Positions 59,423-64,000 of a stretch of DNA of 64,000 bases are shown here, one piece after another (the first letter of the stretch is position 1; the number at the start of each line of letters is the position of its first letter). This DNA is from an uncultured delta proteobacterium (GTDB taxonomy: Bacteria > Desulfobacterota > Binatia > UBA9968). Where the stretch lies: positions 54,848 through 118,847 of the forward strand of contig CAVXEP010000009.1 in NCBI GenBank assembly GCA_963760795.1. Direction: 5' to 3'. The translations under genes and the position numbers were made by a program. The notes under the pieces were generated by a model. It was not told where the DNA came from. It searched no databases and saw only the letters and a list, made by a program, of their open reading frames with translations.

Positions 59423-60181
59423 TCATAGAAACGATATGCCGCCATCCACGTTAATCGTTTGCCCCGTAATGAAATCGCTCAGTGGCGACGCAAGGAACAA
59501 CATGGCACCGACGACGTCTTGCGGGACTTGGACACGTTTGAGGGCGCGCAGGCCGGCCGAGGACTCGCGCAGGCGAATGGTTTCTCGCTGGGATTCTCTT
59601 CCGACAGCGTGTTGCCGGGGGCTAGGCAGTTGACGTTGATATTGTCGCCGCCGACTTCGCGGGCGAGCGTGCGAGTGAAGCCGATGGTGGCGGTTTTGGA
59701 TGTCACGTAATGAATCCGCCCAGGGCTGCCGGCGAAGACGGTGCCCGATGCAATATTGATAATCTTGCCGGCCTTCTGTGCGCGCATGGCCGGCAGCACG
59801 GCGCGGCAGCAGAAAAACAGGCCGCGCAGATTGACTGCCATGAGCTTGTCCCATTCCGCCGGGTCGATGGTTTCGATGCGGCCGCGGTTCATCGGCACCA
59901 CGGAGAAATACCGCGGCGTTGTTGATCAGCACATCGATGCGGCCGAAGCGGTCGAGGGCTTGCGCGGCCATTTTCTTGGTCGCGTCCTCGTTCGACACAT
60001 CGACCTGAATTGGCAAAGCCTGTGCGCCGATTTCCTTGGCTGCCGCTTCCGCGCCCGGCATGTCGATGTCGGCGATGACGACGCGGGCGCCGGCACCGGC
60101 GAAGCCGTTACAGTAGGCTTTGCCGATACCATGGGCGCCGCCGGTAACGATGACGACTCGGTCTGTCAGGCCTTCGATCAT
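59423..60181 (-). CDS. SDR family oxidoreductase with two compensating frameshifts
   Basis: TGGAHGIG, NNAA; the middle part (YVTSK) is in ORF 59479-59901. Confidence 0.85.
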   Translation of the reverse strand: MIEGLTDRVVIVTGGAHGIGKAYCNGFAGAGARVVIADIDMPGAEAAAKEIGAQALPIQVDVSNEDATKKMAAQALDRFGRIDVLINNAAVFLRGADEPRPHRNHRPGGMGQAHGSQSARPVFLLPRRAAGHARTEGRQDYQYCIGHRLRRQPWADSLRDIQNRHHRLHSHARPRSRRRQYQRQLPSPRQHAVGRESQRETIRLRESSAGLRALKRVQVPQDVVGAMLFLASPLSDFITGQTINVDGGISFL

Positions 60182-60196
60182 TCCGATTGATTTAAT

Positions 60197-60224
60197 GTAG
60201 GGGCGATTCATGAATCGCCCCTAC
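60197..60224. repeat. Perfect 28-bp GTAG-type REP palindrome
   Basis: GTAGGGGCGATTCA|TGAATCGCCCCTAC. Confidence 0.85.
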
Positions 60225-60249
60225 CACGGATCGCGCCGTCGCCTATCGC

Positions 60250-61344
60250 CTATCCGATCGCCGGGTTGATCAGCGCCTTGGTCGGGAAGGTGCCCGGCAC
60301 CTCGCCGCCGATGGAGCGGATGCAGTGTTCGATGTCTTTCAATGGAAAGACATGGCTGACCATCTGTTCGACCGGGAACTTGGTTTCTTCAATGATCCGT
60401 AGGGCCGCTTCGGTGGCGTCGTTGTCGGCGGTGAAGCAGCCTTGCAGCTTGATCTCGTTCCACACCAGCTTGTCCATCAACATCGGCGTCACCGTGGTGT
60501 CGCCGGTCAAACCGCCCAGCACCATGGTCGATTGGCGGTGCAGACAGTCCACCGACTTCAAGATCGCGTTGGGATTGCCTGACACGTCGATGACGACATC
60601 GCACAACTCGCCGTTGGTTTCCTTGCGGATCACTTCGACGACATCTTCTTCCTCGACATTGATCGTGCGGGTGGCGCCGAATTTTTTCGCCAATTCCAAC
60701 CTCGGCTTGTCGCGGCCGATGCCGGTGACAAATATTTTCGCGGCGCCGGCGTGTTTGGATGCGAAGGTGCAGGAGAGTCCTTGCTGGCCCGGTCCTTGGA
60801 TGAGCACAAAGTCACCCATCTTGACGCCGCCGCGGCGGATCGCCCATTGAAAACCGTTGGCCATGACCGAGCCGACCAGCGCCGCCGCTTCGGCGGACAG
60901 CGATTCGCTCACTTTGGTGCAAAGAACATCGGGCGCCAAGTAGAGATAATCGGCAAAGCCGCCAAACAGATGCGGCGGCAGGTCGCATTTCGTCCGGCCG
61001 CCGTAATTAGTGCGTTGGCGGCAAAAACGTTGATTGTTGCGCCGGCAGTCGGCGCAGCGGCCGCAGCCCAGCGCGCCTTTGAGAATGACCCGGTCGCCTT
61101 CTTTGACATGATGGATCGCCGCGGCGTTCTTGCCGAGCTTCTCGACCCGGCCAAGAATTTCATGGCCGAGAATGATCGGATAGTCGACCTTGAGCTTGCC
61201 GTGGAGATATTTAACGTCGGTGCCGCACACACCGCCCATTTCAATTTTAAGCAAGCCGCCGTCCGCGGGAATATCCGGCATGGGATATTCGCGCAGTTCC
61301 AACTTATCCGGCCCTAGTAGTGTTGCTCCGCGTACACTTGCCAT
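60250..61344 (-). CDS. Zn-dependent alcohol dehydrogenase (MDR)
   Basis: CGTD, GHE, CGRCADC..C, GPGQQG. Confidence 0.92.
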   Translation of the reverse strand: MASVRGATLLGPDKLELREYPMPDIPADGGLLKIEMGGVCGTDVKYLHGKLKVDYPIILGHEILGRVEKLGKNAAAIHHVKEGDRVILKGALGCGRCADCRRNNQRFCRQRTNYGGRTKCDLPPHLFGGFADYLYLAPDVLCTKVSESLSAEAAALVGSVMANGFQWAIRRGGVKMGDFVLIQGPGQQGLSCTFASKHAGAAKIFVTGIGRDKPRLELAKKFGATRTINVEEEDVVEVIRKETNGELCDVVIDVSGNPNAILKSVDCLHRQSTMVLGGLTGDTTVTPMLMDKLVWNEIKLQGCFTADNDATEAALRIIEETKFPVEQMVSHVFPLKDIEHCIRSIGGEVPGTFPTKALINPAIG

Positions 61345-61433
61345 AGCCTGTCCTCCTTAATTTGATTCAGTGATTTTGGGTCGAGATCCTTCGCTTCGCT
61401 CAGGATGAAATGACCTGCGGTCGCGACCGGAGA

Positions 61434-62411
61434 TCATTTCACTCGGTATTCTTGGGAAATTTTATCGATGAAGCCGCTGCTTTCAATTTCTTTCACCAAC
61501 GATAGATCGGTAAAGCGCTCGGGGTTCTCTTTTAAGACTTTGGGATCCTTCTTGCCGACTTCTTGAATCGGCAGTTCGAAATACTCGCGGGATGGCGAGG
61601 GCTTCAGCGGGAAATCGTATTCGCGGAAGTTCTCTTCGAGGATCTCGCGGTCTTGCACTTTCAGGTACTTCGCTAAAACCTTCATGGCGAATTCTTTGTT
61701 GGACTTATAAAGCGCCACGCCTTCGATCATCGCCTTGGTGAAGTTGACCAGCTCCGCCCGAGACTTCGTCAGGTAGGGCCGGCGCGACACGAAAAACAGG
61801 CTGGAATAGGGAATATTCAATTTCGACGCATCGAGCAGCAGCGTCATGCCCAGTTTGCGCGCTTGCAGCGTCATCGGCGGCGTCAGCATGGCGGCGTCGG
61901 CGTTATTGGTCTCGACGGCGGCGATGCGATTCGATTGATTGCCGAACTGCAGCAAGGCGACATCGGTGTCGGGCCGCAGTCCCTCGCGCTGGAGCAGGAA
62001 GCGAGCGGCGAAATCGGCGTTGCTGCCAAAGCGGCTGATGGCGATGCGCTTTACTTCCTTGATGCTTTTGATGCCCTTCTTGCCATACACCCGATTGTCC
62101 ATGGTGTTGCCCAGGCGGCCGAACATGACTAACTCCAACCCCGGGTTGGTAATCACCACCTGGGGCGAAAACATGCCGACTTGAGCGTCGCCCGATGTCA
62201 AAGCCGCGGCGGCTAAACTCGCGCCTTGGATAAAAATCAATTCAACGTTGTTGCCGTATTTCTCGAAGAGCTTGGCTTCCTTGGTCACCCAGAGCGGCGC
62301 GAATTGGCCGACCTCGCTGGTCCAAACGACGTTGATGTTGACGGCGGATGCCGCTGTCGAATGAAATATCGCGAGGGCGAACAGAGTCAATCTCAAGATT
62401 TGACGAACCAT
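61434..62411 (-). CDS. SsuA/NMT1-type substrate-binding protein
   Basis: Signal peptide; LWVTKEAKLFEKYG; AISRFGS. Confidence 0.9.
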   Translation of the reverse strand: MVRQILRLTLFALAIFHSTAASAVNINVVWTSEVGQFAPLWVTKEAKLFEKYGNNVELIFIQGASLAAAALTSGDAQVGMFSPQVVITNPGLELVMFGRLGNTMDNRVYGKKGIKSIKEVKRIAISRFGSNADFAARFLLQREGLRPDTDVALLQFGNQSNRIAAVETNNADAAMLTPPMTLQARKLGMTLLLDASKLNIPYSSLFFVSRRPYLTKSRAELVNFTKAMIEGVALYKSNKEFAMKVLAKYLKVQDREILEENFREYDFPLKPSPSREYFELPIQEVGKKDPKVLKENPERFTDLSLVKEIESSGFIDKISQEYRVK

Positions 62412-62517
62412 GGCAATTCACTTCTCCTTAACGGTGAGTCAGGCGGATAGTTGACCTTGCTTCACGCTTACCCCTATACTTCCGAACCGACCTTGGAATC
62501 AAGTTAATGGAGGACAA

Positions 62518-63498
62518 ATGATTCGAACGATTGTTGCAATGTTGGCTTTGCTCGGCGCCGGCGGCATGGCGTCGGCGCAGACGCCGGCGCGGGTGATGAC
62601 GGGCTATGCCGCTACTTCCGGTCCCCATGCGGTGCTATGGATCGCGCGCGAGGCGGGACTGTTCGATAAGAACGGCATCAAAGCCGAAGTCGCTTACATC
62701 CGCAGCGGCTCGACCATGGCGCAGACTCTGGTGTCGGGGGAAATTCAACTGTCGCAGATGGGCGGACCGGCGATGCTCTCAGCGGGGGTCGCGGGCATGG
62801 ATGTCACCTTCGTCGCGGTGGCACTCAACACGACGCCGATCGTGATCATGGGCAACGTGGCGAAGATGGAAGATTTGAAAGGTAAATCGGTGGGCGTCAC
62901 GCGCTATGGTTCCAACACCGACACCTCGGCGCGCTATGCCATCCGCAAAGCGGGCTTGCAACCGGAAAAAGATGTCGCACTGGTCCAGCTGGAAGAGTAT
63001 GCCAATATACTTAGCAGCATTCAGACCGGCCGAGTTGCCGCCGGCGCCCTCGCCGATCCGTTTACCTACGCGGCAAAAAAGCTCGGCATGAAAGAGCTCG
63101 CCGACATCGCCGCCATGGGGTTGGAGTTTCCCTTTGTCGGTATCGCCGCCAAGAAATCCTATATTAAAGATAATATGGACACGGTGCAGCGCTTCGTGCG
63201 CGCCTATACGGAAGCGATCGCCATTTATAAGAATAATCGCGAGCTGGCGATGAAAGTCACCAGCAAGTATACCGGCATGAAAGACCCGGCGCTGCTCGGC
63301 GCGACGGTGGATTTCTACGCGCCGAAACTCCAACGGGTGCCGCACGCGACGGTGGCGGGTTTGAAGTTTGTCTTGGACGAAGTCGCGGTGCGCGATCCGC
63401 GCGCCAAGAATTACGCTCCGGAGACTTTCATGGACACGCGCTTCGTCAAGCAGTTAGACGATAGCGGCTATATCAAGTCGCTTTATCCGAAGGGCTAG
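62518..63498 (+). CDS. SsuA/NMT1-type substrate-binding protein
   Basis: Signal peptide; LWIAREAGLFDKNG; LKGKSVGVTRYGS. Confidence 0.9.
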   Translation: MIRTIVAMLALLGAGGMASAQTPARVMTGYAATSGPHAVLWIAREAGLFDKNGIKAEVAYIRSGSTMAQTLVSGEIQLSQMGGPAMLSAGVAGMDVTFVAVALNTTPIVIMGNVAKMEDLKGKSVGVTRYGSNTDTSARYAIRKAGLQPEKDVALVQLEEYANILSSIQTGRVAAGALADPFTYAAKKLGMKELADIAAMGLEFPFVGIAAKKSYIKDNMDTVQRFVRAYTEAIAIYKNNRELAMKVTSKYTGMKDPALLGATVDFYAPKLQRVPHATVAGLKFVLDEVAVRDPRAKNYAPETFMDTRFVKQLDDSGYIKSLYPKG

Positions 63499-63503
63499 CG
63501 GCG

Positions 63504-64000
63504 CTACTTAACGTTGTCAACGAGCCGATCGGACTCTCGTAAGAAGAAAAATAGGCTCCCGGCGAATAACATCACCAGGGCGATGGCCATGATCGTTGGC
63601 ACTAGGTAATTCACCGCGGGTAAAATCGCCAGCATGACCAGGCCGATTCCTGTGGCCGGCGGCACTTGCGGTTTGATCCTACTGAGCAGTAGCGCACAGG
63701 GAACAATGAGCATTGTGAGATCATGAGTGAACAGATGCGGCAGCGCGATCAGCAGGCCAAGACAGTTGACGATCCAGCGGTTCGCGTGATCCTCGGTATG
63801 CTTCGCCGCGGGCCAATTGACCCATACTAATATGCCGACGACGATGGCACTCAAGAACCACCAAGTCACGGCGTGCCAAGCTTCAGGCAAGGCGTAGATC
63901 ACCAACACCCGCAGGTTGTGCATGCCGCGCCATTGATTCCACCAGTCGCTATCGGCGCTCACCATCCGGCGTGCCAGCTGAAAATACTGCGCCGATCCCT
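63504..64000 (-). CDS. Polytopic membrane protein, probable GT87/DUF2029 glycosyltransferase (5' end outside window)
   Basis: MHNLR, PHLFTHDL..L motif and multiple TM helices. Confidence 0.6.
   Translation of the reverse strand, partial: GSAQYFQLARRMVSADSDWWNQWRGMHNLRVLVIYALPEAWHAVTWWFLSAIVVGILVWVNWPAAKHTEDHANRWIVNCLGLLIALPHLFTHDLTMLIVPCALLLSRIKPQVPPATGIGLVMLAILPAVNYLVPTIMAIALVMLFAGSLFFFLRESDRLVDNVK

Noticed and set aside
138-63345. Numerous long overlapping or antisense ORFs in the track (e.g. 6157-7266, 24111-25007, 26511-27518, 41937-42830, 58114-58923)
   Set aside because: Typical high-GC shadow ORFs opposite well-supported genes

Overview
GC-rich (~58-62%) bacterial chromosomal window. 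The gene content (many orphan SsuA/NMT1-type substrate-binding proteins, amidohydrolases, Rieske oxygenases, SDRs, UbiD, DUF4911, DUF885) looks like a Candidatus Binatia / 'Deltaproteobacteria' genome; this taxonomy is inferred. The window holds aromatic and organic-acid catabolism genes (UbiD, two Rieske oxygenases, a LigJ-like hydratase, an HpcH aldolase, paaF-G-H-J with a TetR regulator), housekeeping genes (nfo, rnr, gap, ahpC, AsmA family), tRNA-Val(CAC) next to a decayed integrative-element remnant, and two lower-GC accessory patches (~13.6-19 kb and ~46.5-51.2 kb). Many single-base frameshifts, including in paa genes, suggest uncorrected long-read indels. Main observations: (1) an unannotated 91-aa AhpD/CMD-fold probable selenoprotein (CDPU, with a SECIS-like hairpin 11 nt after the TGA); (2) an operon of exported proteins including three signal-peptide-bearing, Arg-less Rid proteins, MBL hydrolases with an altered metal site and exported amidohydrolases; (3) a GAPDH paralog lacking its catalytic Cys, translationally coupled to an active GAPDH; (4) an integron-like attC cassette array with no integrase in the window; (5) a methyltransferase with a 32-His N-terminal tail; (6) 9-bp-period TGGAAC/TTGAAC arrays abutting ribosome-binding sites.
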